From Eledone cirrhosa (lineage: Eukaryota), in the NCBI GenBank assembly GCA_964016885.1, contig OZ024742.1, positions 132,804,001-132,868,000 on the forward strand: a DNA stretch of 64,000 nt, written 5' to 3'. A program made the position numbers and the translations under genes. Every line of letters begins with the position of its first letter. The stretch's first letter is position 1. The notes beneath the pieces were generated by a model. It was not told the DNA's origin, did no database searches, and saw only the letters and a list, made by a program, of their open reading frames with translations. Shown here in pieces: positions 39,075 to 52,444 of this stretch.

Positions 39075-39511
39075 CCCTTATGATTTCCACACGTGGTTTA
39101 ACTTACCACCGTGTCATTCACTTATTTGGTACAGAGCGAAACACCTGTTGATAACGTGATATTCCTTATTCGATAGTTATACACAAAGCTTATATTTTTA
39201 AGCAGACTGTATCTTGATTTAGGTGTCACAGAAAATCTACATCGGATTTTAACAGCAATTCCGGGAGTCCAGGTCTGGTTGTCATTTATTTTTTACCATT
39301 TATTTTGTTTTGACCTGTTTAGCTTGATTTGGTTTTTGGCTTGGGTGGTCAATGCCTTCTTGACCATCTTTTCAGTTGTGTATGGCTTCTTAACATATTG
39401 TTTAGCTCTGGTTTTTAACTATTGAGCACTTTGCCAGTATCATTTCTGATTTTTGCGTTTCGCTTCGCTTTTCCTGCCCGTCGAAAGTACGATTCTCGCT
39501 GAATCTTTATT

Positions 39512-39551
<40 letters not shown>

Positions 39552-39658
39552 ATTTACATCTACACAAACTAAATAAAGTCACTTATATATATATATATTT
39601 TGGCAACCATTCACGATGTGGCTCAATGATGAATTAATAAATTAAATAATCAGAGCAA

Positions 39659-39770
39659 TATACTATAAAGTATGTCCATAGAATTATTTGATATTATATA
39701 TACATCATTTCCTCTCCAAAATGGTGTGTATATATTATCAAATGATTCTATGGACATACTTTATAGTATA
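39659..39770. repeat. ~110-bp palindrome within a dispersed repeat, homologous to 58345-58515 and 58707-58770
   Basis: TACTATAAAGTATGTCCATAGAAT..ATTCTATGGACATACTTTATAGTA. Confidence 0.8.
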
Positions 39771-39967
39771 TGTATATATATGTATATATACGATTTTAAT
39801 CTCGATTACGTAGAACACGAACTCCTCAAAAGTGTTGACCAATTCAGGAGTAGCAGAATATCCGGTGTCATTAACTGCTGTAACATTTGCAGTTGATGAC
39901 TCCTTGTCGAGTGAGGTAGATGCTTCCAGAACGACCCCAAGCCTTTTGCTTTTATACACCTTTTGCA

Positions 39968-40615
39968 TGCACTCATCCAGTGCCCGTGTATTGCTGACTT
40001 ATAGATTTATGTCGAACAACTATTGTCGTGTGTGGGGCGGATCCGGCTATCGACCGAGTCCATACTGAATATCGCCCCACCGCCTTATTTTGACCGGGAA
40101 GAGCAGGCAGTTTCCCTCTGTCTGATAGCTGTAGCGAATGAGGTGAGTGTAGTGGACGTGACTGAAAGGTCTGAAGACCGACACTTTCCTCTTCAGTCAA
40201 GCCCGCGTCAGCTTTTTCAAGCTCCATTTGAAGAGAAAGACAAGGGTGGAGAGAGAAAAGCTGCCCCCCCCCCCCCCCCCCCCCCCCCCGAACATTTAAA
40301 AAAAAGGTGGGTGACTGTTGCGAGAATGGCCCGCGTGAATAGGCCCACTCTAAACATGTGCCTGTAGGCTGGAATGATGGAGGGAGAGAGGAGTGCCCTC
40401 CTAGGGTGCTCTTGGAGATGAGGGTGAGTTGGGATTTTTTGGATTCCTAACGTCACCCCTGGGTGGTACTCCTCCCACTATGGGGGAACTCTGTTGTTTA
40501 TATTTTTTTATTTATTTGTTTTGTGAATTATTTTTACTTGATTTCATGTAAACCCCACTGTCCCGTCTTTGTATTGTCCTCTATGTCCGGCCCTTGAGGC
40601 CAATAATAAAGAAAT
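39968..40615 (+). mobile_element. L1/Tx1-type LINE 3' fragment
   Basis: Colinear with 22140-22745 (VGRIRLST, RWV.VARMAR), same 3' UTR end. Confidence 0.9.
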
Positions 40616-41146
40616 CATTCTTATTGCTGTTGTTGCTTTTGTTTTTATTGTTGTTGTTGTTGTTATTCATATTTGAAGGAAATTGAACCAGAATTAGGAT
40701 TAAGACGAACATTGTGATGATGAAACAATATGAATAATATTGAAAATAAGTTCAAAAATAAAATAAAATAATCCTTGTAACCGATCTATAGAATGTCAGT
40801 AACAGCAATTAGGGTACATATATAACAGTAACAATAAGAGCAAGCATTGTTGTAAGTGCATAATACACAACGAATTATGTTATAATTATAAAATGAATTG
40901 AAGTGCCATAAGCGAAGGAAATTGCCTTAGCTGGAATCAATTTTGTATTGACATTTATGTAGATTGCGTGAAATATGGAGTTGAATAGAAATATTTGCAA
41001 ACGATAACAGCTGAACTCCTTACCTCAATCTGAATTTCTGAAGAGTCGGGTATTAATTGATTTATTTATTTGAATTATTTCTTTCTTTTGTTATTAATGT
41101 ACTTTCATCATAAAAAAAGAAGGCATTCGAATTAATACGTCATAAT

Positions 41147-41247
41147 TCTTCTTCTTCTTCTTCTTCTTCTTCTTCTTCTTCTTCTTCTTCTTCTTCTTCT
41201 TCTTCTTCTTCTTCTTCTTCTTCTTCTTCTTCTTCTTCTCCTTCTTC
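41147..41247. repeat. (TTC)n microsatellite
   Basis: Direct reading. Confidence 0.98.
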
Positions 41248-41313
41248 AGACGAGCTTATGGATGTTATCCAAACATTTTTCTGGAGGTCTACCCCTGGAT
41301 CTGTGGCAGGCTG

Positions 41314-41378
<65 letters not shown>

Positions 41379-42309
41379 CAGAGATATGTTTTGTATATAT
41401 ATATTATAAAATGCATCTATATATGGTATAGCAGTACCAGAACAAATTATATATATATGTTATTTGTTCCGGTTCACTGCACTCTCAGTTCAAATATTAC
41501 TCATGTCATCTTTGCATTTCATTCTTATATACTTTCAAGGTCGTTGAAAATGTACCAATCTCGCACTGAGGTCGATTATTCCTCTATAATTCCTTGCTCG
41601 GCCAGAATATGTTTTAAAACAATAATTCTATGAAAGATAAATGTGAATATAAAGAATTAGAAGGGAGCCATACGTCTAGTATTTTGTTTGATGCATTTCC
41701 AATATATTCAAACACTTATTTCCCCGTGTATTAATGTGAATGTGACATGGGTACCTATTGCCGGACTAGGAAGTGCATAATATAGATGCTCCCATTCCCA
41801 GACAAGCAGCTCCATAATGTAAATCTAACCGTAGATAATATGACCTATTGACATGCCGTTGTACTACACATGCATTTTAATACGATTATCCGATTTTCGG
41901 TTTTCCTCGAAATCCATACTGATAAATACAAAGAAATATTTGATGATTGTTATTGTTTTTCCCTCCAAATCAGAAATGTGAATCATATCAGCAATGTAAA
42001 CGTTTCTAGCCAAGACCACGGATTTTTTGTTGAGATTGTGAAGCTAAAATGCCTCCTAGTACTCATTTGAAAACGTGATTGTATGTCTTGAATGAATTAT
42101 ATTTGTCTAGCTGACCACTGGCCACTGGCCATTGTGGGACATGTTATCAGCTAATAATATTTCATTGATTGGTACTGCTAATCTGTTCTAATGTGTCACT
42201 TCATTTCGAATTCATAACAAAACTGAAGACCATTTTCCATGGAGCAATGTGATAATCATGAGAACATACTGCTTCCTATTAGCATTTGAGGCGTATTCAA
42301 GTCCTCTAA

Positions 42310-42796
42310 TCTAAACTATAATAAGGAAAGGAGTGCGGTACTGCGTCCAGAATATATTTTGTTATCCCGTTTGTAAAATAAGTTGGATTACCTTAAATAA
42401 ATAATAAATGAATATTACATAATGCATATACTAATTTTGTTATTCTTGATTAAATATGAATAATTGTTTTGCTTATTTTAAGATTCACTTCTTAAAAATG
42501 TTCAAATGTCAACACTTCCGGTTAGCGATCGCTTAAATCAAAATTCATATATTTCCGTCACTAATTTTCTCCTAATGTTGTTTATATATAATATCGTCTT
42601 TTTTTAATGTATCATGGATTACGTTACTAATTACATAAGACAGTGTAACGCAGTCTTCGTTCAATTTCTGTGGATATTGTCAATTACTATTTTATTTGAT
42701 GTATCAGATCTACATGCAGATATACTTGCGTATAATATCAATATGCACACTACACATGCTAGAAGAAAACCATAAGAAGGGTAATTTTGCTGCTAG
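42310..42796 (+). mobile_element. Non-autonomous Helitron
   Basis: A|TCTAAACTATAATAA..CTAG|T termini; homologous to 12295-13268. Confidence 0.82.
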
Positions 42797-42979
42797 TTTC
42801 TATAAAGCCTAATCCCTGAAAACCAACGTTGAAGTACGTTATTGATTGCGAGAGATAACGAGATGAGAGAGATAATATTGAAGGCTACCTGAAAATTATA
42901 GCAACCAGCATGCAAAAAACACACAAAGGACAATTTGGAGGATACAATTTTCAATGCTTGAAATCTGAAGAAATATAAT

Positions 42980-43163
42980 AGTTTCTATTTTAGCCACATG
43001 GCCTGCAATTACCCCAATCCATTAACGGTACCTTATTTTAAGACTCCGTAAGGATGAACGGCAAAGCTAACCTTGGCGGGATTTTTACTCAGAACGTAAA
43101 GGGCCATACCCCTATGCTGCAAAGCATGGTGTCTGATGCTCTACCGATACTGCCAATCCATCC
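42980..43163 (-). mobile_element. tRNA-derived SINE, diverged
   Basis: CCGTAAGGATGAACGGCAAAGCTAACC..CTCTACCGATACTGCCAATCCA. Confidence 0.8.
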
Positions 43164-43970
43164 CAATCTGATGAAATATAATATAGGTGGATATTACCAA
43201 CAACATCACCTTTATAACTGTAATATCATTACCAATAATAATTATGGACAAAAGGATCAACCTAGATAAAAGATCAATATATATCACTCCGTCTACTCTG
43301 GTAGGTTCTACGACTTTTTCAAATATTAATTATAGTGATGGACTATTATAATAATCATTTATGTTGTAATTACTTCATTTCATATTCTTCAAGAAATTTA
43401 GATAGAGTTGGCATCTTCGAAAGAGTAGCTGGATGTGAGGGAAGTAATATACAAATTACCCTCAAATCAGAATATACGGTATTGTGTATAATATGACATG
43501 TACAATAGCATATAGCTAGACACAGTATGACAACTTTAATGGTCATGACATGGGCATATATTATAATAGGACAGCTCGATCAGGGTAGAATTGGATTTAA
43601 ATAACACCCACCAGAATATCCATGGATATACCACGAAATCACTACTTAGGGTTGTCATATAAAGTTGTGAATTTACTGCAGTAATAGCAACATTATATAC
43701 CTTTATATTTTCGATTACTGTGTGCGACAGAATGAGAAACCAAACTGTAGCCAAGTTAATTATCAGAATGAAAAGATGTGCACACTCAATGCTATTTACT
43801 TTATAAGACCTATAATTTGGAAATGTCATTCACAGATACAAGATTGAGAAGCAAATAACATTACAATAAAGACAGTGAGATGGTTCACAAAAGTTTAAGG
43901 CAATCTTCTTGGTATTCGTGCCAAAATGTTTCACTCTAAACCTCGGTGCATATATTTATCATTATACGGG

Positions 43971-44010
<40 letters not shown>

Positions 44011-44049
44011 GCACTCTCTCCTTCTCTATCTCTCCCTCTCTCTCTCATG

Positions 44050-44080
<31 letters not shown>

Positions 44081-44541
44081 GTATTATATTAAGTTGTATT
44101 ATATTATCTACATGTATGTATATAAATCTGAATTTTTATGTGATATAAATTTAGGAATGTATACTCACAGATGAATTCGTGATTATATATATATATATAT
44201 ATATAAATATAATTATATATTTATGTGCGTGTGTGTGTGTTCATGTGGTCAGAATGAAGTAAGAAGTTTTTCGCTTGAATGTACAACATATTCAAGGAAT
44301 TTAATTGTTAGGTGGCTGAGTGTTGCAAATACATATGTGCACCTACAGCGCCGTCCCATACTGTGATAAACCCTTAATATTGATTTTATAACTAAAGGCT
44401 CTAATCCAAATAGGGGTTTGATACATTCGCCATTTGAAACATGTCACCTTCAAGGAATTGAAACTGTCTCTCTCTCACTCAAACACACAAACAATCACAA
44501 ACAGGTACACATATGAATCTCAATCTCTCTCTCCTTCTCGG

Positions 44542-44576
<35 letters not shown>

Positions 44577-44595
44577 ATATATATATATGAAATGA

Positions 44596-44990
44596 TTCAG
44601 GACCCCGACGGTAGAGCTCAAGCCGTCTCGACGGCTATTTCTGGACATATTTATATATATATATAACGAATTCAGTGTGGTAAGAAACCAGGTGGACCAT
44701 AACGCGCCAGAGTACTCGATACTTTGGGTAGTAGAGTGGGTAATAGGAAAAGAGTCATAACCCTGAGGCAGAGCTCGAGCCGTTTCGACAGCTATTTTAC
44801 GACTAAAATTTTAGTCCAGAAATAGCCGTCAAAACAGCTTGAGCACTGCCGTCGGGATCCTGTACCTTTTCCTATATATATATATATAACAAAGAAAATG
44901 TGGTAATAAACCAGATGGACCATAACACACCAGAGTACTCGATACTTAGGGTAGTAGGGTGGGTAATAGGTTAAGAGTAAGGACCACTGA
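44596..44990. mobile_element. Cluster of the palindromic half-HHR family
   Basis: Three segments homologous to 11413-11640; palindrome centre GACTAAAATTTTAGTC. Confidence 0.75.
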
Positions 44991-45322
44991 CTCTTTTCCT
45001 ATATATATTTTTTTTCCACTCGTTAATTTGTATTTGATTTGAAATTGAGTAGGAAATTTCTATTATGAGTTGAGTGCCTATGGAAGGGTCAGAGCATAGA
45101 ATCTCGACTCCTAACCATAACAAATTGTTGAACCAGTAGCCAGTCTGTTGGCGATATTTTGATACGCAGAGGTATTCCAGTTACTAATGTTCTAACGTGT
45201 CACCCATCGCATTTAATGCCATAGCCAGCGCAGATTTGGAATCGAATCCTTTCGATCGAATGTTTATTTATTAGGCGAGACCCGCTGAAGAAGCCAAATG
45301 CGCCGGTTGTGTATTACTGCAT

Positions 45323-45506
45323 GTGGATTGGCAGTATTGGTAGAGAGTCGGACACCATGCTTTCCAGCGTAGTTACGTCCCTTTACGGTCTGAGTTCAAA
45401 TCCCGCCGAGGTAGACTTTACCTTTCATCCTTACGGGGTCGATAAAATAAAGTACCAGTAATGCACTGGGTAATTGCTGGCCTTGTGCCTAAAGTAGAAA
45501 CAATTA
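45323..45506 (+). mobile_element. tRNA-derived SINE, reference copy, octopus-type
   Basis: A-box-like TGGCAGTATTGGTAGAG and B-box GAGTTCAAATCC; about nine copies or fragments in the window. Confidence 0.88.
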
Positions 45507-46169
45507 TTGCATTATAAATGCAGACAATGGATACTCTACGCCCTCTTACGGCATTAAGTGTGGCAGAAACTCGAGTACGGGTATACATTTATGGTACCTA
45601 TTTACGTGAGTTGTAGCGAGGCAAATAACTTTGTGCCCACTCTGAGATGTATACATAACCTTACCCATGTGTACACCGAGGTGTAATCGGTACTAGCAGA
45701 GAAACATTCATTTTATTAAGGCTATACTTTTAGTTATGTTACTCTGATGTTTCGCCTGATTATCAGAGGGTCATCAGCCCCGTCGTCAACTACATAAATA
45801 GAAGTATGATTCTACTTATGTAAACTCCAGCTGTTAATAAGTGGTGATATATATGTAGATAAATTCCATTTGAAATTGGAAAGTTTGAAAAGTCTTTTTG
45901 AATATATTTCCATCGGACTGGAAATGAAAGTACTAAAATCGTCAATATATCTCAAACAAAATAAACGAATGTACTAGCATCTGTTATTTCATAAGCGAGG
46001 AATGTCCATAGATATTCCACAGACACGTGTAGATAAAACGTAGTTCTGTTGTGAGATCAACACGATGTACTATGACAAGATTATAAATTTGCACACTGTA
46101 AAGTTTATCGAACAGACTTCCATAATCTTGCTTCCATAAAGAAACTGTAAACAAATAATATATATATAA

Positions 46170-47820
46170 GTTAAAAACAAAAAACAAAACAATAACGAAG
46201 AGTGCAGTACAAACAGTGTTGGTATTAAGTTCACGCTTGAGAGTGGGGGTGGGGGAACGACGTTTCGGGCATAAGCCCTTCATCAGGAGATAGTGGGAAG
46301 GAAAAGAGTTCCGAGGGTGGAGGGGGAGAGGTGGAAAGATATTATAATGGAGGAAAAATTAAAGGAAAGGAAAAAAAATTAAAATGAAAACAAGTGGTGA
46401 AAGGATGTGAGAGGTGTAGAGGTGGTGGTGGTGGATGGAGGCGGGAGAGGGGAAAAAGAAACAGGGGGTCCGAGCGGGGAGGGTGGAAGGTGATGTGTGT
46501 GTATGTGTGTAGGTGTGCGTATGTGCGTATGTGTGTTCGTGTACGTGTGTGTATGTGTGTATGTAAGTGTGAGAGTTTAGGGAAGAAGGATGTTCCATGT
46601 TCAGATAATAGGAAAACTAGAGTGTACATGATTGGGGTGTAAGTCAGTGTGTGTTTGTGTGTGGATGAGGAGGGCTCGGGGTGAGATGGTGGTGGGGTGC
46701 GGAGTCCGGAGGCCGACTAGGTGTATGTGAGGATACGCACGTGTATGTGTATGTTTTTGTGTGGTGTGGATACGTGGGAATGTATGGTTGCGTATGTGTG
46801 AAAATAGTGTCCGGTGACTTTATGGACAGATGGTGGACAAATCAAAGTATAAAAAATGGATGTCCAGAACGTGTGACCAGTGGTGTAGGTTCCGTGGGAT
46901 GGTGCGGAGGAAGTAGAGAGTTGTGGGGCGCGCGCGCAACAGGAAAGTGTCAAGAAGGTCAAGGCAGGCGTGGAGAAGGCAGGGCGTAGGATGCGAGAGA
47001 GAGAGGAGATAGCAGCTAGGAGGATGACAGACAAGTGACTGGTTGTTGGCAGGGATGGTCTGTATGTGTGTGTGGAATGTGTGTATGTGTGAACAGAGGT
47101 GCGGTGGACAGGAGAGGAGGTGGGTTAGTGTGAAAAGATGAGTGATAGGGTGGCGGTGTGTGTGGGTGTCCTGTGTGTTTATTAGTGAAGGAGTTAGTAG
47201 GATGTTTGTGTGGGGGATGTTGGTAGTACGGGGCGAGAGAGAGAAGGGCAGGGTACAGTATGAGTGAGTGTAATATACTGGTGTGTGTGTGTCCGTGTTT
47301 GGGTAAGAGTGTGTATGTGTGGTAAGGTGGTTATTAGTATTATTACTGGTTGGGGTCGATTTCAGGAATGTGGGTGGGGGTTAGTGGTGATAGTGCGGGT
47401 GTGGAGTGGGTTGTGTATCGATGTGTACATGGGTGAGGGTGAATGTATGCATGCTGCTGTGTGTTCGTGTGTGGGTGCTGAGTGGGAGGTGGGTTGGGGT
47501 TAGTGGTAGTAGTAGGGTGTGTGAATAGTGTGAGTGAGTGTATATATGTACTGGTGTGTGTGTGCGTGTTGAGGGTGTGGGTGCGCATATGATAGGGGAG
47601 GGGTTGGGGGTTGTTACTATTATTAGTTGTGGGGTTGAGCAAGGGGAAGGGGTGGCTGGAAGTGAAGGGGACGGTGAATCTTGGGCATGTTTTAGTGGTG
47701 TTAGTAGGACGGTCGTAGACTAAAGGAAGAGTGGTGGGGAGTTCAGGCCGGATGGGGGGGGGCGGTATGTAGGGTGAAGATGGTGTGTTGTTCGGTCCTA
47801 AGGCAGATTGCAGGGCTCCC
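46170..47820 (-). mobile_element. Probable Penelope-like relic with terminal HHR motif
   Basis: Minus 46257-46288 reads TCCTGATGAAGGGCTTATGCCCGAAACGTC (core and stem II perfect, stem I weak); the rest is strongly strand-biased G/T-rich sequence. Confidence 0.6.
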
Positions 47821-50800
47821 ATTTCATTCGATCAGGCCACAGACGGTGAGATTGTTCTCACACCCAGTCTGATAGTCTATCGATGCAGATATCAGCCGTA
47901 ATATTGCACGTTTATATCTGTTTTGTATTCTGGCCCGGTGCTTATGTTCATGTTAATAAACATGTCATCAACCATATATATTTCGTATAATTCTGTATTT
48001 TCTTTCTTAAGCATACGAGAGCCTCTACGGAATCGCTCGTTTTTCAAGCAATAACCCTCTTCTCCTTCCAATATGAAGGAGCTATACTAAATAACGGAGT
48101 ATATATTTGGGAATGTTGTCTCTGTTATTAAATTTGTTTTTCTATATTTATGTATAGATGTAAAATGTAAGGAAAATATTCTAATTTAGCGCTTGGTTAT
48201 TTGCGATAAAATGTGGTTTTAAATTTAATCGTGACTTAACTATAAGATTGCCCTCCTGAGATACAAACAAACCATTTACACAAACTCACAATGCATCTCT
48301 TAATAGGCTTAATTTACCTTACTTCATCAATATTCGATTATATCAAGCCTATATCAAGCCAAATATCAATTGTGACCACACACACTCGATATGCATAGTT
48401 TCAGTTTTATCGTGTGTAATAGACTATATGCTACATTCTGTTATAATTCTTTCTGGGGAACTCCAGACTCTATTCGTATTTAAAGGATGGAAGGTATGGA
48501 AAATACATCTAGATTCTCATGGGTAGTTACTACTGCGACTTCACATGGGAATTATACTTTTAGTTACTCAAGTAAATTACTTACATTTTGCTGTCTTATA
48601 CATTGCTTACTTGAAAAAACGGATCCTACTATATCTGCTGTTAACTTAAATCCAAAGTGATAATGCTCTTTTTTATTTGGTTTCTATGAAATTATAATAC
48701 GTTAAAATGTCATCCAACTACTTTAGCGATCAATTTAATACAACTGTTAATTTGTTATTGATTCGTAACGAATAATCTCCTTCTAGCATCTAATATAACT
48801 GAATAGAAAGGAGAAACAAATCTATTTTTGTGACAACACTGATTTAACTATTGGATATTCAACGCAAATATTTGAAATAATGTAGGATACTGAATGCCAT
48901 GCTCTTTTAACAGAATTGCCTGCAAATGTCAAATATATATTTTGCTCTTATCTTCCCGTCATTCAGATTGTTAGATATTTTGCTTTTACCTGTAGCTAAA
49001 TATCACGACTGGATTTGAAAACATATCAGGAAATAAAATCGTATTGCCTGCAAATATCGTTGCAAATCTTGACGTGACATGTCTTGCTTTAAACTCTCTT
49101 CCGCTAATTTGGCTACAAGTACCAATTCTGTCTACACTTTTGAAAAGTAGAAAATGAATTCCGGAAACGTTGAATGTTTGTTCCTTCTATCGAGAATGCT
49201 GTATGGAAAAGGTTATTGAGTTGAATTGATCTACGTCAATAATGCTATATTCTTTGTCAAGCACGTATTATTCAAACGAAATTTAAAAAGAAAAAGAAAA
49301 AACATATTTTGTGTTATATAAATTTCATTAGAGTTAAATTTGTATTTAAAGGAAAAATATATTTAAAAAATAATCAAAATGATCAGCTTGCTTCAATTTT
49401 CATTTAACAAAAGAATCACAGTTTAAAGTACACGAAGATACGGAGAATTGTGACGATAAAGCTTCTCTTAAGTTATCAGAGGGCGTACATAAAATATTTT
49501 CTTTGAAGATTTCCTAATAGGAAAATGTGTTATAGAAATAACTCAATGAGTGTTCATCATTGCTTCACAGTATGTACTTGTGAAGCAATGTAAACGCACT
49601 CAGACAAAAATACAGACGTACATCCATCTATCTGTCTATCTATCTATTTATATATTTATTTATATATTTAACTATCTATCTATCTATCTCACTTTCTCCC
49701 CCTCACGCTCTCTCTTTCTCTCTCTCTGTATATATATATATATATATATATGCTAGACATATTCTTTGAAAATATCATTCCTATATTTACTTCATTACAC
49801 GTGTCAGTAATCAACATAAACCATAGAGTTTCACTTATACAAATAATTAATAAATCAAAACACAATTTGTATAGTTCGTATGAAAGTCCATATATCCGGT
49901 CATGTTTTTTTTTAAAATATGGCGGTGAGTTCCAGGATTCCAAAAATAATACGAAATTTATTGCCGTTTTATATTACGTCAAGGTTATACTAGTTTATTA
50001 CGAAAATGTTTATTGTATCAACATCTTTAACGTATCGACCATATAATAAATTATTCTGAATCCATTAATTATGTAGACCTATATAATCATTAGTACTGTA
50101 TACGATATAAATCATTAGTACAGTGTATACACTTATAGATGCGATAATTTGCTTGATTAGGAATATAGAAAGGATTGAATCTGCTGTTTGTGTTGGATAA
50201 CATAGTACCAGTGAGGTATTGCTGTTCGTTTCCCTTTGTGTGCATACGAGTCAAAATCAGACATGTTTATTACAATTAATTTGTGCAAACTATTCGATGT
50301 TCAAAAAATATATTTCTTAGCCTATTGAATATAAACAGCGTCTATTCCAGTGCAACTGACCAGTAGACCTTAGACAAAATTTCTTCAACCATAACTCTAT
50401 AATTGAATGGGTATGTGGAAACTTTCCGTTTAATATATCTTCAAACTTTTTCTCAGCGGGTAATTTTGTTTGTCTTGCTTAACATCCTGCAAGAGAGGGC
50501 AAAATAATAACGAATATAAAAGTAAAACAGAGAAAGAAATGTAGTTATTGAAATGACTTTTGATGTTTGTAATAATATAAAAAAGTCACTTATGTGTAAT
50601 GATGTTTCAAGAACGACCAGTATTTAATGTTTTAATTGCGTCTTCTGCGCTTTGTTGATTTCTAACAATTTATTGAAGTTTCATGTCTGCTGATATTTTA
50701 TAGCTTTAATGTGTACAATTTTCATGCATGATCTAATAGTAATAGTATGTCATATTTTATCAATTTCGCGTGATTAAATGGGGAAGAAAATAATGAGGGA

Positions 50801-51699
50801 ATAAAATGAAAAATGTATGTTTAAAAAAATAACGAAAACACTGGATTAAAGGTACAGTGTTATAGCTCTTTACTCTACATTTAGGCACTATACAAGTGAG
50901 TATATTTCGCTCCGTCGATAGAGACATATAACATATATTAACACCTGATCCTCCAGGTGACTTTCGCGGACTTCATGCTGTAGTAATTATTTATCCCAAT
51001 TGATCAATCCCAGCGTTATGTCCTTCCTTAATCGCCCTCGTGTCTCAGAAACTAAGAGATGAACTGAATACGCAATTTTTGCTCGCCAAGAGAACAATAA
51101 TATTACGTATAATTATTTGCAGAGAAATTTATGTAAAACTATTGACATTTGCAGATTTCACATCATAATATAGTCAAAGCTACATTGAATGTAGACTACT
51201 AATGAGACAGAAAAACCGATATAATACTTTTCGTTCCTGCTCTCTCCATTAAACATTAATTTCTTCAAAAATGCTATTTTAAAATTATATAAATTCTTGG
51301 TACATGATGAACTTATCTCAGCAAAATTGCATTAAACAAATGATTCAGAAAAAGAGAGGGGTCCTTATTTCCATAATTATTCCTGATACGGAATACACCA
51401 GCATTTTATGATTGCCTGCTTAGTTTTACTAAGTTTCGATATACACAACGATATACCTTCTTGCATATAAGTAAATATAAATTTTAAAGATATCATTGTA
51501 GGCATTGTTCAGAAAAAAACATTATATTACTATGTATTACATATATCTTTTGTTATATATAATATAGGTAAGTCATACGAGTGAATTATCATAATATTTC
51601 ATCTCATGCACTGCTCTAGATATTTGCAATATTTATATAACATATCCGATATATCTAAGAGCCAACTGGTTAATTCAATTTTTTATAAACGTGCTACCC

Positions 51700-52442
51700 C
51701 GAAACTGACGTAGGAAGATTTTGAGATCTACTCATCACTTAGTCGGCCTGGAATGGAAGGTGGAATGCTGGTGCTGTTTAAGTAAGGCCTGGATCTCGAT
51801 GTACGGATGATTTACCTGGACACAGACGGTAATTTGATGGTCCTGGATATGCGCAATAGCGAAGTTTATCCTCTTAAACTGATGGCAGTCTACAGATTGG
51901 AGCATGACAGCTGGATTTCTTCAGGCGTCTAGACAAATTTCGAGGAATGTCGTGCCCTTTACTGTTGGCAGGGAATTGCGACGGCATTCTTCGACGCAGG
52001 CTGGGACTGTAGGCGAGCAGCTGATATAAGCGAGGAGGCCCAATACCTCAAGAACCTGATCAGGCAATTGAATCAGTAAGTCGAAGCCTAGTAACGCTGA
52101 TGAGGCGAGACAATAAAAAGAGATTCGTTATGAATAGTTTCCGGCCAATAATACTGCTTAACACAGAGTGTAAGATCTTGGTTAAGGTGCTAGCAATGAG
52201 ACTGATACTCGACGTCAAAAGTCTAGTGGGGAGGCACAAGCATGCGCAATTCCAACTAGGTCCAAAAATGACAAAACTCACCTCATCATACAGAGTGGAG
52301 GGAGTACAGTTGGCTTTGATGGAGTTCTCATCAATTTTGATCAATCAAAAGCTCTCGAGAGGGTCAACTTGGAGGGTGTTTTCTACAGCCGGTTACCATA
52401 CAATCTTAAATAGCTGATCATTGAAATGCACAGCGGCATCTG
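51700..52442 (+). mobile_element. Internally deleted L1/Tx1 ORF2 fragment
   Basis: Endonuclease segment homologous to 19290-19640 joined to RT motif SFRPIILLNTECKILVKVLAMRL. Confidence 0.85.
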
Positions 52443-52444
52443 AA

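Noticed and set aside
39230-39510. Gypsy integrase-like remnant (WTPG)
   Set aside because: Similarity too weak to support by eye.
45323-45410. tRNA gene
   Set aside because: A/B boxes belong to a multi-copy SINE head; no cloverleaf.
45740-45785. Minus-strand CTGATGA..CGAAACATC
   Set aside because: Stem I does not pair; at best a relic.
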